This document shows positions 42,417 through 52,200 of a stretch of 64,000 nucleotides of DNA, piece after piece. The notes beneath the pieces were generated by a model, which worked only from the letters and a program-made list of their open reading frames with translations, had not been told where the DNA came from and made no database searches. The DNA is from an uncultured Veillonellaceae bacterium. GTDB lineage: Bacteria > Bacillota > Negativicutes > JARBTT01. Every line of letters begins with the position of its first letter. The stretch's first letter is position 1. Where the stretch lies: contig CAWDTA010000002.1 of NCBI GenBank assembly GCA_963805085.1, positions 256,001 to 320,000 of the forward strand, in the 5' to 3' direction. Both the position numbers and the translations under genes were made by a program.

Positions 42417-43460
42417 TTATAGATTTATTATTCGATAGCCACTCGCCTTATGCATGCGATTCATAATTGCTAGCCCAAGCCCGACCTCTGCTGTACCTTC
42501 AGCAAAAATCACATCCACCTCAGTTTGGTCAAATTTACGCAAAGATTCGTAAAGATTCGTCGCAATTTCGCTCAATTCTTCACGACTGCCATAAACTGCA
42601 ATAACAACATCCGCTGGTAATTCTTTAGCCGTTTCACTACTGACAACAGCACCAATTCTCTTTCCTTCGGCTTTTGCTTTTGCAATTTGTGCAAGTAAAC
42701 CTGCAATCATTTTTTCTTTTGCACCCTCGAGCATAATCATCGGTGCTTTTGGTGCATAGTGTGTATATTTCATCCCCGGTGCTTTAGGAATACTGTTTTC
42801 CCCAACTAAAGCCGGATCCAGTTTTACTTCACCGACAACCTCTGCTAACATCTCTAACGTAATCGCGCCAGGGCGAAGTACCGTTGGAACTAAACTGGTA
42901 CAATCGACAATCGTAGATTCCAAACCGAACTTACAGCTGCCATTATCAACAACTGCACCAATTTTACCCTGTAGATCCGCCAAGACAGCTTGCGCTGTGG
43001 TCGGACTAGGTCTACCCGAGGTGTTGGCACTTGGTGCCGCTAGTGGAACCCCAGCCAAACGAATCAGCTCACGAGCAATTTCATGATTCGGCATCCGGAT
43101 GCCAACTGTATCCAGTCCACCCGTTACTGCATCTGGTACAATTCGATTGCGATTTAAAATAATCGTAATTGGGCCAGGACAAAATGCCACGATGATTTTG
43201 CGCGCTGCATCACTGATATCATGGGCTAATTTATCTATTTCAGCAAAATCAGCTACATGCAAAATCAGTGGATTATCGGAAGGTCTACCCTTTGCTGCAT
43301 AAATCGCTTTTACTGCCTCTGCATCAAGCCCATTTGCCCCCAAGCCATACACAGTTTCGGTGGGAAACGCAACCAAGCCACCCTTTTGCAATATTTCTGC
43401 CGCTGGCAATAAAGCCAAAGCATCTGATTTTTCTGTGATAGTAATTACTTTTGTTTCCAT
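42417..43460 (-). CDS. Threonylcarbamoyl-AMP synthase (Sua5/YwlC)
   Basis: FPTETVYGLGA, KGRPSDNPLI, APSANTSGRPSPT, PGMKYTHYAP. Start set at ATG 43460. Confidence 0.96.
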   Translation of the reverse strand: METKVITITEKSDALALLPAAEILQKGGLVAFPTETVYGLGANGLDAEAVKAIYAAKGRPSDNPLILHVADFAEIDKLAHDISDAARKIIVAFCPGPITIILNRNRIVPDAVTGGLDTVGIRMPNHEIARELIRLAGVPLAAPSANTSGRPSPTTAQAVLADLQGKIGAVVDNGSCKFGLESTIVDCTSLVPTVLRPGAITLEMLAEVVGEVKLDPALVGENSIPKAPGMKYTHYAPKAPMIMLEGAKEKMIAGLLAQIAKAKAEGKRIGAVVSSETAKELPADVVIAVYGSREELSEIATNLYESLRKFDQTEVDVIFAEGTAEVGLGLAIMNRMHKASGYRIINL

Positions 43461-43467
43461 ATCAAAA

Positions 43468-44337
43468 CTACTCCCGTTTATTGATGATGACGACCCGTTC
43501 AATCCCACCATAATCTTTTAATATACTCACTTCACCAAGTTCAGCAAAACCATCAGCTAGTTTAGCCACCGCTGCCGCTTGATGAATCCCCACTTCAAAG
43601 GCCATAAATCCACCTAATTTCAGTAAGCTTACACCCTCACGCACCAATTTACGATAAAAATCTAAACCATCCGCGCCACCCGCCAGTGCGCCATGCGGTT
43701 CACATTTCACCTCTGGCTCTAAACCTTCGATATCGCTATCTGGAATATACGGTGGATTGGAAATAATCGCATCAAACAATTGTTCCTTTACAGGGCTATA
43801 AACATCGCCATGAAAAAAGCTTACCCTGCTTGTCACACCGAGCTTTTCGGCATTTTCTTTTGCTACCAGGATTGCCGCTTCGGAAATATCTACCGTACAT
43901 CCTACGGCTTGCGGTAAATTTGCTAGTAATGACAATACAATCGCTCCACTACCAGTGCCAACATCAACAAAATTTACACTTTCTTTTTCCTTGAGCCGTT
44001 CAATTACCGCTTCTACTAATATTTCAGTATCTGGACGAGGGATCAATACCGCTGGTGATACGGCAAAGTCCAGTCCCATAAATTCTTTATAACCAATGAT
44101 ATAAGCAACAGGCATTCGTAGAACACGTTTCTTGATCATGTCTTTATACCTTGCCATCTCATCCACTTGGAGTGGCTCATCAAAATGCACATATAAGTAA
44201 ATCCGTTCTTTTCCCAAAACGTGGGAAAGCAGTACTTCCGCATCAAGGCGCGGAGATTCCACGCCCTTTTCTGCAAAGTACTGCCCTGTCCATTTTAAGA
44301 TACTGCCAATCGTCCATACTTCGTTTGGCCTTTCCAC
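43468..44337 (-). CDS. prmC: Release factor glutamine methyltransferase
   Basis: LIPRPDTE, DVGTGSG, NPPY. Confidence 0.97.
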   Translation of the reverse strand: MERPNEVWTIGSILKWTGQYFAEKGVESPRLDAEVLLSHVLGKERIYLYVHFDEPLQVDEMARYKDMIKKRVLRMPVAYIIGYKEFMGLDFAVSPAVLIPRPDTEILVEAVIERLKEKESVNFVDVGTGSGAIVLSLLANLPQAVGCTVDISEAAILVAKENAEKLGVTSRVSFFHGDVYSPVKEQLFDAIISNPPYIPDSDIEGLEPEVKCEPHGALAGGADGLDFYRKLVREGVSLLKLGGFMAFEVGIHQAAAVAKLADGFAELGEVSILKDYGGIERVVIINKRE

Positions 44338-44338
44338 C

Positions 44339-45406
44339 TTAATTAACCTGCTTCAATTTTTCACTTTGATCTGCGGTAACCAAAGCATTAATTAATTCGT
44401 CAAGCTCACCGTTCAAGACGAAATCTAATTTATGAAGTGTAAGACCGATACGATGATCCGTTACCCGCCCTTGTGGGAAGTTATAAGTACGGATACGTTC
44501 ACTACGATCCCCTGTACCAACTTGACTCTTCCGATCTGCGGCAACTTCACTGCGTTGCTCTTCTCGCGCAATTTCTAATACCCGTGACCGAAGTACACGC
44601 ATCGCTCTATCCTTATTTTTCAGCTGTGATTTTTCATCCTGGCACTGCACCACGACACCAGTTGGTAAATGCGTAATTCGCACCGCCGATTCAGTTCTAT
44701 TAACATGTTGACCACCAGCTCCACTTGCACAATACGTATCAATACGCAGATCGTTTTGCTTGATATCAACATCCACTTCTTCCGCTTCAGGGAGCACTGC
44801 TACCGTAACCGTAGATGTATGAATACGTCCGCTAGATTCCGTTGTTGGTACACGTTGCACACGATGTACACCACTTTCATATTTCAACTTACTATATGCG
44901 CCATACCCATCAATCGCAAAAGAAACTTCCTTGAACCCGCCGAGTTCTGTATCGTTAGAATCTAAAACTTCCGCGCGCCAGCCTTGCATTTCAGCATAAC
45001 GCGTATACATTCTAAACAAATTTCCTGCAAACAGTGCCGCTTCATCGCCACCAGCACCGCCACGAATTTCCACGATAACACTCTTATCATCGTTTGGATC
45101 CTTTGGCAATAACATAATCGGCAACTGAGCTTCCAAAGCTTCTTTTCTTACTCTCAGCTGCGCAAGTTCACTTTCGACCATCTTCCGAAAATCGTCCTCT
45201 AATTGCTCTTCAAACATTTCCTTTGCATCGTCAATGCCCTTACGAACTTCTTTATATTCACGAAACTTTTCTACAATCACACCAAGATTAGCATGTTCAC
45301 GGCTATATTTCTGCCATTTTGTCATATCCGCAATAACATCCGGATCACTAATCATAGACTCCAATTGCATATATTTATCTTCAACTGCCTGTAATTTGTC
45401 AAGCAC
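44339..45406 (-). CDS. prfA: Peptide chain release factor 1
   Basis: GAGGQHVN and P-x-T (PTT) anticodon-like motif; adjacent to prmC. Confidence 0.98.
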   Translation of the reverse strand: MLDKLQAVEDKYMQLESMISDPDVIADMTKWQKYSREHANLGVIVEKFREYKEVRKGIDDAKEMFEEQLEDDFRKMVESELAQLRVRKEALEAQLPIMLLPKDPNDDKSVIVEIRGGAGGDEAALFAGNLFRMYTRYAEMQGWRAEVLDSNDTELGGFKEVSFAIDGYGAYSKLKYESGVHRVQRVPTTESSGRIHTSTVTVAVLPEAEEVDVDIKQNDLRIDTYCASGAGGQHVNRTESAVRITHLPTGVVVQCQDEKSQLKNKDRAMRVLRSRVLEIAREEQRSEVAADRKSQVGTGDRSERIRTYNFPQGRVTDHRIGLTLHKLDFVLNGELDELINALVTADQSEKLKQVN

Positions 45407-45430
45407 TCTTCTTCACCTCTAACATCAGTA

Positions 45431-46303
45431 TTATGAATTATCTACTGGTGCTGGCCTTACTGCTTCTAACGCTTGTATAGCCACTTCCACTTGATCGTTG
45501 TCCGGTTGGTTTGTCGTGATTTTTTGCAGCCAAAGGCCTGGTAAAATCGCAACCTTTACAAAAGAATTTTCACTGCGCCCAGCAAAACGAATAATCTCAT
45601 ACGAAATCCCCGCCACAACTGGTAACAATACGATTCTAGACAATATTCTAACCCATAAATCGGGCCATCCTAGAAAAGCAAACATAATAATACTGACAAC
45701 CATTACGATCAATAAAAAAGCCGTACCACAACGCGGATGAAGCGTACTATACCTTTGGACATTCTCTACTGTAAGTTCCACCCCTGCTTCATAGGCATGA
45801 ATGGTCTTATGTTCAGCACCATGATATTGAAATACTCTTTGAATATCCTTCATCCGTGAAATTCCATAGACATAGCCCAAAAAAATCAACATTCTGAGGG
45901 CACCTTCAGCAAGATTCAACCATAGTGGATCATTGATCACACCATGAATATATTTTGCCGCCGCCGTTGGAATGATCACAAATAAAACTATCGCCAATCC
46001 TAGTGAGAACATCATCGTCATCATGATTTCACGATTCGATAGTTCTTCGCCCTCTTCACCAGCACGTTGCGCTGAATAAGATAACGATTTCAATCCTAGA
46101 ATAAGCGATTCTCCTAAAGCTATAACCCCACGCAACATCGGTTTTTTCAATATAGGATATCGCTGAGTTATAGACGAAACTTTTTCTTTTTTTACACTTA
46201 TTTCACCAGACGGTTCGCGTACTGCTGTAGACACATACTCAGGGCCACGCATCATTACGCCTTCAATAACCGCTTGACCGCCAATTGATGGCTTTACTTC
46301 CAC
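45431..46303 (-). CDS. DUF1385 family membrane protein
   Basis: GGQAVIEGVMMR, YHGAEHK, HPRCGT. Confidence 0.9.
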   Translation of the reverse strand: MEVKPSIGGQAVIEGVMMRGPEYVSTAVREPSGEISVKKEKVSSITQRYPILKKPMLRGVIALGESLILGLKSLSYSAQRAGEEGEELSNREIMMTMMFSLGLAIVLFVIIPTAAAKYIHGVINDPLWLNLAEGALRMLIFLGYVYGISRMKDIQRVFQYHGAEHKTIHAYEAGVELTVENVQRYSTLHPRCGTAFLLIVMVVSIIMFAFLGWPDLWVRILSRIVLLPVVAGISYEIIRFAGRSENSFVKVAILPGLWLQKITTNQPDNDQVEVAIQALEAVRPAPVDNS

Positions 46304-46380
46304 GGTATTTCCCCCTATCTAGAAAACTCTCCCCTAAGTACAAATGAAGCAGAGCATTTCTGCTCTGCCAGTCATTCATA

Positions 46381-46578
46381 TTATTGGTTATAACGTTTAT
46401 TGAATTTTTCAATTCTACCGCCAGCTGTGATATCGCGTTGACGACCAGTAAAGAACGGATGGCATTTTGAACATACATCTACATGAAGTTCTGCTTTAAC
46501 GGAACCAGTTGTAAAAGTATTGCCACAACCGCAAACTACTTTAGCTTCTTTGAATTCTGGATGAATTCCTTGTTGCAT
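46381..46578 (-). CDS. rpmE: 50S ribosomal protein L31 (Zn-binding C+ form)
   Basis: [18 protein letters not shown]. Start set at ATG 46578. Confidence 0.97.
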   Translation of the reverse strand: MQQGIHPEFKEAKVVCGCGNTFTTGSVKAELHVDVCSKCHPFFTGRQRDITAGGRIEKFNKRYNQ

Positions 46579-46737
46579 AATTTTGTGCACCTCACTCTTA
46601 TCCCAAAATAGGGCTATAATATTTTAAATGCCGAAGCATTTAGATAAGACTTAGCTTCCCATTTTTGGAGGTAAAGCAAGTCGCTCTTGAAAGATAACTA
46701 ATAATGTAACAAACATACTCCTGTTTATTACCAGACA

Positions 46738-46766
46738 ATTATAGCATAACGCAATATTTAGTGCAA
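46738..46766 (-). promoter_or_regulatory. sigmaA promoter of rpmE
   Basis: TTGCAC-N17-TATAAT with a TG extension on the minus strand. Confidence 0.75.
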
Positions 46767-46876
46767 TATACATGTATGAAATAAAAAAAATAAATAATAA
46801 GCACTCTTTCCCATAAAACATAAAATTTTAACAATCTTTTATGCCACTGCTTGATGAAACAAACTAAAATCGTACT

Positions 46877-47140
46877 TTACTTATTTTTTAGTTTATCTAA
46901 TGCTTCCTTAATCTTTAATGCAACCTTTATTGATTCCCACGAGCTAGTTACGATATAGAACGTACCCAGAATCCTAACCCATGAGTTAGTAGCTATCGCT
47001 ATTTCATTTGTCCACTCCGTGATCTGCTTTATCATTGCCTCACTTAACAGTGTATCTGTTTCACTTTCAATTAAGTTAATTATCTCATTTGCTACAGCAT
47101 CTGTATCAGCATCCGTTGCTATTATCTTTGAATCACTCAT
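46877..47140 (-). CDS. Small hypothetical protein (87 aa)
   Basis: Open frame with RBS GGAG 8 nt before ATG 47140; tightly linked to the upstream small ORF. Confidence 0.6.
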   Translation of the reverse strand: MSDSKIIATDADTDAVANEIINLIESETDTLLSEAMIKQITEWTNEIAIATNSWVRILGTFYIVTSSWESIKVALKIKEALDKLKNK

Positions 47141-47154
47141 ATCGAACACTCCAA

Positions 47155-47403
47155 TTATTTATTTAGTAATGGAAGAAGAAGATATAGATTAAATAACCCC
47201 GTTACTGCAGATGTTGCGATAAACGCTGCTACAGGTGCTGATACACCATGATTAACAAGTAATTGCTTGCTAAAACCAATTGCTTTATCTTTTAAATCAT
47301 CCGTACACTCCGTCGTAGATTCTTCCGTTGATTGATGTTCTAATATAATAGCCTTTAACTCCCCCTTAGTCATTGCCTCCAATTGTTCCGCAGTATACTT
47401 CAT
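47155..47403 (-). CDS. Small hypothetical protein (82 aa) with a hydrophobic C-terminus
   Basis: Strong RBS AAAGGAGG before ATG 47403. Confidence 0.7.
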   Translation of the reverse strand: MKYTAEQLEAMTKGELKAIILEHQSTEESTTECTDDLKDKAIGFSKQLLVNHGVSAPVAAFIATSAVTGLFNLYLLLPLLNK

Positions 47404-47524
47404 TCGTAAGCCTCCTTTTTAAGTCTCAACATAAATAAATCATAGTATACCTTATTATATATACTACGATAGCAAGGGGTTACGTTGTTTTGCTATTGGC
47501 TTGATTTAGGAAAGGATTTAAAAT

Positions 47525-47556
47525 ATTTCAATCCATGCATCCGTGAAGGGTGCAAC
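47525..47556 (-). CRISPR. Solitary type I-C-like repeat at the trailer end of the I-B array
   Basis: Minus strand GTTGCACCCTTCACGGATGCATGGATTGAAAT (32 bp) has the I-C hairpin plus TGGATTGAAAT tail; it lies 32 bp from the last I-B repeat. Confidence 0.8.
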
Positions 47557-47788
47557 TAAGTGAGGGGAGACAACGCCAAAAAGCATTTCTTTACATTTCA
47601 TTATGAGTCAATTCGAAGTCATACCCCCATTGAATAATAAGCCCATTAGAAAACTATTTACATTTCATTATGAGTCAATTCGAAGTTGTTGTATTGGATT
47701 ATGCCAATATACAGAATATACCAGATTTACATTTCATTATGAGTCAATTCGAGGTCATAATTAATCAGTATCCTTATATAATAAATTT

Positions 47789-48030
47789 AGGTTAATAAAG
47801 GCAACCTATAATCCTTTATTAACTGACTAATTATACAAACTAATTGTATAATTGGTTTATAGGTAGAGTGATGTCGTTTGTCTCCTTGAGATTTTATCTC
47901 GTTATCGAAAGACTGACGCCTCTGTCTGTCTAACTGTTTACGAATAAGTTGGATGTTGGCTTTTATTTGAAGCACTTCGTATCTGCGATAAGTCGGTAAC
48001 GTTATTCAGATTAGAGGAACCTATCTAAAT
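47789..48030 (+). ncRNA. Putative IS110 bridge RNA
   Basis: Non-coding left end downstream of the junction -10 (47777-47782). Contains 5' hairpins (GTTAATAAAGG/CCTTTATTAAC; AATTATACAA/TTGTATAATT) and two internal loops with segments matching the target and donor junction. Boundaries approximate. Confidence 0.65.
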
Positions 48031-48051
48031 AAATTCTTTTAGGTGATTTTT

Positions 48052-49227
48052 ATGTTCTATCTCGGTATTGATATTGGTAAAAATACACATGTTGCTTCTC
48101 TCATGGACGAGAACGGTAAAACTGTCTTCAAAGCCTTTAGCTTCCCCAATTCAACTGATGGCGGTAACAATCTTTTAGATAAAATTGCTTCAGTTTCTTC
48201 TGTTGAAATCGGTATGGAAGCTACGGGCCATTATTGGCTTTCTCTTTACTCTTTTCTTGTTGAACACGGTTTCGTTGTCCATGTTATCAATCCGATCCAA
48301 ACAGACGGCTGGCGCAAAGGTACTGAAATCAGAAAACGTAAAACAGATATCATTGATTCTGTTTTAATTGCCGACTTCATCCGCTATGGTAAGTTCCTGG
48401 AAACATCCTTAGCAGATGAAAATATGCTTTCTTTACGCAATCTTTCCCGCTTTAGAAATTATCTTGTCAGTTCTATCGGCGATTTAAAAAGAAAAGCCAT
48501 CTGCGTTTTAGACCAAATTTTCCCTGAGTATCAAACTGCATTTTCTAACGTCTTTGGAAAAACTTCTAAGGAAATTCTTTTGCAGTTAAGCTCTCCTACC
48601 GAGTTTGAAAATGTTACGTCTACTCAGCTTGAAGATATTCTCTCTCAAATTACTTTCAAACGGTTTGCAGCTAAGAAAATCAACAGTATATCTACTTTGG
48701 CTAAAACTTCTTTTGGTATTACTTTCTACTTGGAAAGTCTAACTTTTAAACTTAAACTTCTGATTGAGCAAATTAATTTTATTGAAAAACAAATTATAGA
48801 TGTTGAAGCTCAAATAAAAGTGCTGCTAGAAAAAATTAATTCACCTATTACTACAGTCCCCGGAATAGGGGTGGTAAATGCCGCCACTATTCTTGGTGAA
48901 ATCGGTGACATTAACAAATTCAGCAATCCCTCTAAACTTGTTGCTTATGCTGGCATTGATGCGTCTGTTTGTCAATCTGGTGAATACCAAAGTACGACCA
49001 ATAAAATGAGTAAACGAGGTTCGCCCTATTTGAGAAAGGCGTTGTTTCAATCTGCCTTGATTGCAGCCACTCACGATCCTGTATTTAAGGCTTATTACCA
49101 AAAGAAACGTTCTGAAGGTAAACATCATTTAACTTGCCTTGGAGCAGTTGCCCGTAAACTTTGTTATACGATTCATGCTATTCTAAAAAATAACTGTGCT
49201 TACGAGGTACAGTTGCCTAGAGAGTAA
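48052..49227 (+). CDS. IS110 family DEDD recombinase/transposase
   Basis: GIDIGK, GMEATG and KTDIIDS (D-E-D-D); C-terminal domain with VPGIG, AYAG, QSG serine and SKRG...LR. Confidence 0.96.
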   Translation: MFYLGIDIGKNTHVASLMDENGKTVFKAFSFPNSTDGGNNLLDKIASVSSVEIGMEATGHYWLSLYSFLVEHGFVVHVINPIQTDGWRKGTEIRKRKTDIIDSVLIADFIRYGKFLETSLADENMLSLRNLSRFRNYLVSSIGDLKRKAICVLDQIFPEYQTAFSNVFGKTSKEILLQLSSPTEFENVTSTQLEDILSQITFKRFAAKKINSISTLAKTSFGITFYLESLTFKLKLLIEQINFIEKQIIDVEAQIKVLLEKINSPITTVPGIGVVNAATILGEIGDINKFSNPSKLVAYAGIDASVCQSGEYQSTTNKMSKRGSPYLRKALFQSALIAATHDPVFKAYYQKKRSEGKHHLTCLGAVARKLCYTIHAILKNNCAYEVQLPRE

Positions 49228-52200
49228 TACAACTTTCAAGTATTTCTTTTTCGGCCTGCAAAAACAGGTCTATTTGTTTTGCATAAATATTGATGTTACT
49301 TCCCTAATTTTTATCGATTTTCTCTATTGACTTTTTATAGTTGGTCTTTCTCACATATAGCCCACATTTACATTTCATTATGAGTCAATTCGAAGTGGTG
49401 AAAAAGAAGAGAATGACCTCTATCCCGGTACTATTTACATTTCATTATGAGTCAATTCGAAGTGGCGCACGGAGCGCACACCATACTTGAAAGAACCAAA
49501 TTTACATTTCATTATGAGTCAATTCGAAGTGAGGTAATACTCCAGTGAAGCAGTAGTAACTGGTACATTTACATTTCATTATGAGTCAATTCGAAGTATC
49601 GTTAACATCTACTAAGCCTTCATTTATTATCCAATTTACATTTCATTATGAGTCAATTCGAAGTTGAAAGAGCTTGGGCTGTTTGCGACAGATCCAGACG
49701 AATTTACATTTCATTATGAGTCAATTCGAAGTGTGTCAAAGTTGTTTTTAGTTATAATAATCACTCCTATTTACATTTCATTATGAGTCAATTCGAAGTT
49801 TTGTTTCCTTTTATCGAAATATGTATTAATTGGGTAAATTTACATTTCATTATGAGTCAATTCGAAGTTGCTGATCTAGTTCATCCCAAACTCTTTGAGT
49901 ATCATTTACATTTCATTATGAGTCAATTCGAAGTTATCTTTTCCACCGCTAAATGCTACATAGTAACCCTCATTTACATTTCATTATGAGTCAATTCGAA
50001 GTGTCCTTTGAGTAACACGAGCGATAACCTTTGAGTAATTTACATTTCATTATGAGTCAATTCGAAGTGCTATACTTAAACAAAAATGAGAGGTGATTTA
50101 ATTAATTTACATTTCATTATGAGTCAATTCGAAGTCGGTGCAGTGACATGGCGCATACGTGATTTGAAAAGATTTACATTTCATTATGAGTCAATTCGAA
50201 GTAATGCGAGTATTCAGCCTACTATTACGATTAGACCTATTTACATTTCATTATGAGTCAATTCGAAGTGCTACTGATGCTCATGCAAAAGCAGAAGCTA
50301 CAAGATTTACATTTCATTATGAGTCAATTCGAAGTCGGTAGCCGCAATAGCGTTAATATGTTCCCTTCGGCAATTTACATTTCATTATGAGTCAATTCGA
50401 AGTCAGGTTTAATAAAATGTCCTAATTGCGGTAAAACCAATTTACATTTCATTATGAGTCAATTCGAAGTTTACGTATTCGACTGGCGCTAATGGATCTT
50501 TATCTACATTTACATTTCATTATGAGTCAATTCGAAGTTCCGCCAATCGGTTTGCATAATCCCGAATAATCATATTTACATTTCATTATGAGTCAATTCG
50601 AAGTTTCTTTTGCTTCTCTGACTTGCACCTGGCAAAACCTATTTACATTTCATTATGAGTCAATTCGAAGTAAGGCTGGAAACACGATTGAAGTAACCGA
50701 CTATGTATCATTTACATTTCATTATGAGTCAATTCGAAGTATTGTATGGAGATTCAACGACGGGAACGATTTATTTATTTACATTTCATTATGAGTCAAT
50801 TCGAAGTAGGAATGGCAACTGGCTTGGAGGGATTGTTCCCTAATTTACATTTCATTATGAGTCAATTCGAAGTGTCTAAATCTAAATTACCTAGCATTTT
50901 CTTTCCTCCATTTACATTTCATTATGAGTCAATTCGAAGTCTGCTGGAGCAACAAGAACAATGGCTGTTGGGCAAATTTACATTTCATTATGAGTCAATT
51001 CGAAGTCTTCTGCTGTAGGTAGTGACCAAGGCTTTTGTTCTATATTTACATTTCATTATGAGTCAATTCGAAGTTATGCAATCAAATACATCACCGCAAG
51101 CGGAATCCTCATTTACATTTCATTATGAGTCAATTCGAAGTGCCATGACCGACCCATTAAACAAGACTGCTTATGCTGATTTACATTTCATTATGAGTCA
51201 ATTCGAAGTGTACTGGTTCTCTAGCACCTAAATCAACCATAGCTCATTTACATTTCATTATGAGTCAATTCGAAGTAGGGTCAAAACGAATGAATCTGAG
51301 AACACGTTGGTCATTTACATTTCATTATGAGTCAATTCGAAGTTAGACAAGGTAAGGACGCTATGCAACAAGTATCGAAATTTACATTTCATTATGAGTC
51401 AATTCGAAGTTGGCGGCATAAATGCCCAAATTGCGGAGAGTTTCACATTTACATTTCATTATGAGTCAATTCGAAGTTTGTCTTTCTCTGATTGCCCATT
51501 CAGGCAATTTAATATTTACATTTCATTATGAGTCAATTCGAAGTGGGGAATTTGTCTTAGCACTTGATTGTAGTATTGCGATTTACATTTCATTATGAGT
51601 CAATTCGAAGTACTAGGGTTAATTGTAAATTCGACATTATTCATTGATTTACATTTCATTATGAGTCAATTCGAAGTCTGGTCAACAGTAAATACAAGGA
51701 TTGATATTCCAGCATTTACATTTCATTATGAGTCAATTCGAAGTCTTTAGCGCATTACACCGATTTACAAGGGGTGTCGAATTTACATTTCATTATGAGT
51801 CAATTCGAAGTCAAACAAGGGGAAACAATTGCACAATATTTTCACAAATTTACATTTCATTATGAGTCAATTCGAAGTCAAATAATTCACTAATTTTAAT
51901 GGTTTTTCGTTCTTCATTTACATTTCATTATGAGTCAATTCGAAGTTTTATTGATGCGCGAGATATTGCAAAGTTTGCTTTATTTACATTTCATTATGAG
52001 TCAATTCGAAGTGGCTGGATGGAGTATCATACCCCACGGTAGTTCCAGATTTACATTTCATTATGAGTCAATTCGAAGTTTTATGTTGGACAACCGATTG
52101 GTGGTACAGGTATTCATTTACATTTCATTATGAGTCAATTCGAAGTAGCACCGACTATTATTATATCTGATGAGTTTCACCAATTTACATTTCATTATGA

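Larger units (their letters stand above)
47773..49347 (+). mobile_element. IS110 family element inserted inside a CRISPR spacer
   Basis: Shared core CT(T) at 47773-47775 and 49346-49348; no terminal inverted repeats. Removal restores a 37-bp spacer. Joining the ends creates TTGACT-N17-TATAAT. Confidence 0.9.

Noticed and set aside
47787-47975. 62-aa minus-strand ORF in the IS110 left end
   Set aside because: Antisense to the putative bridge RNA; no RBS or recognisable features.
47753-49346. GGTC as the IS110 target duplication at the repeat edge (repeat-targeting IS)
   Set aside because: It would leave a 20-bp spacer and give no good junction promoter. The CT(T) core gives a 37-bp spacer and a 17-bp-spaced promoter.
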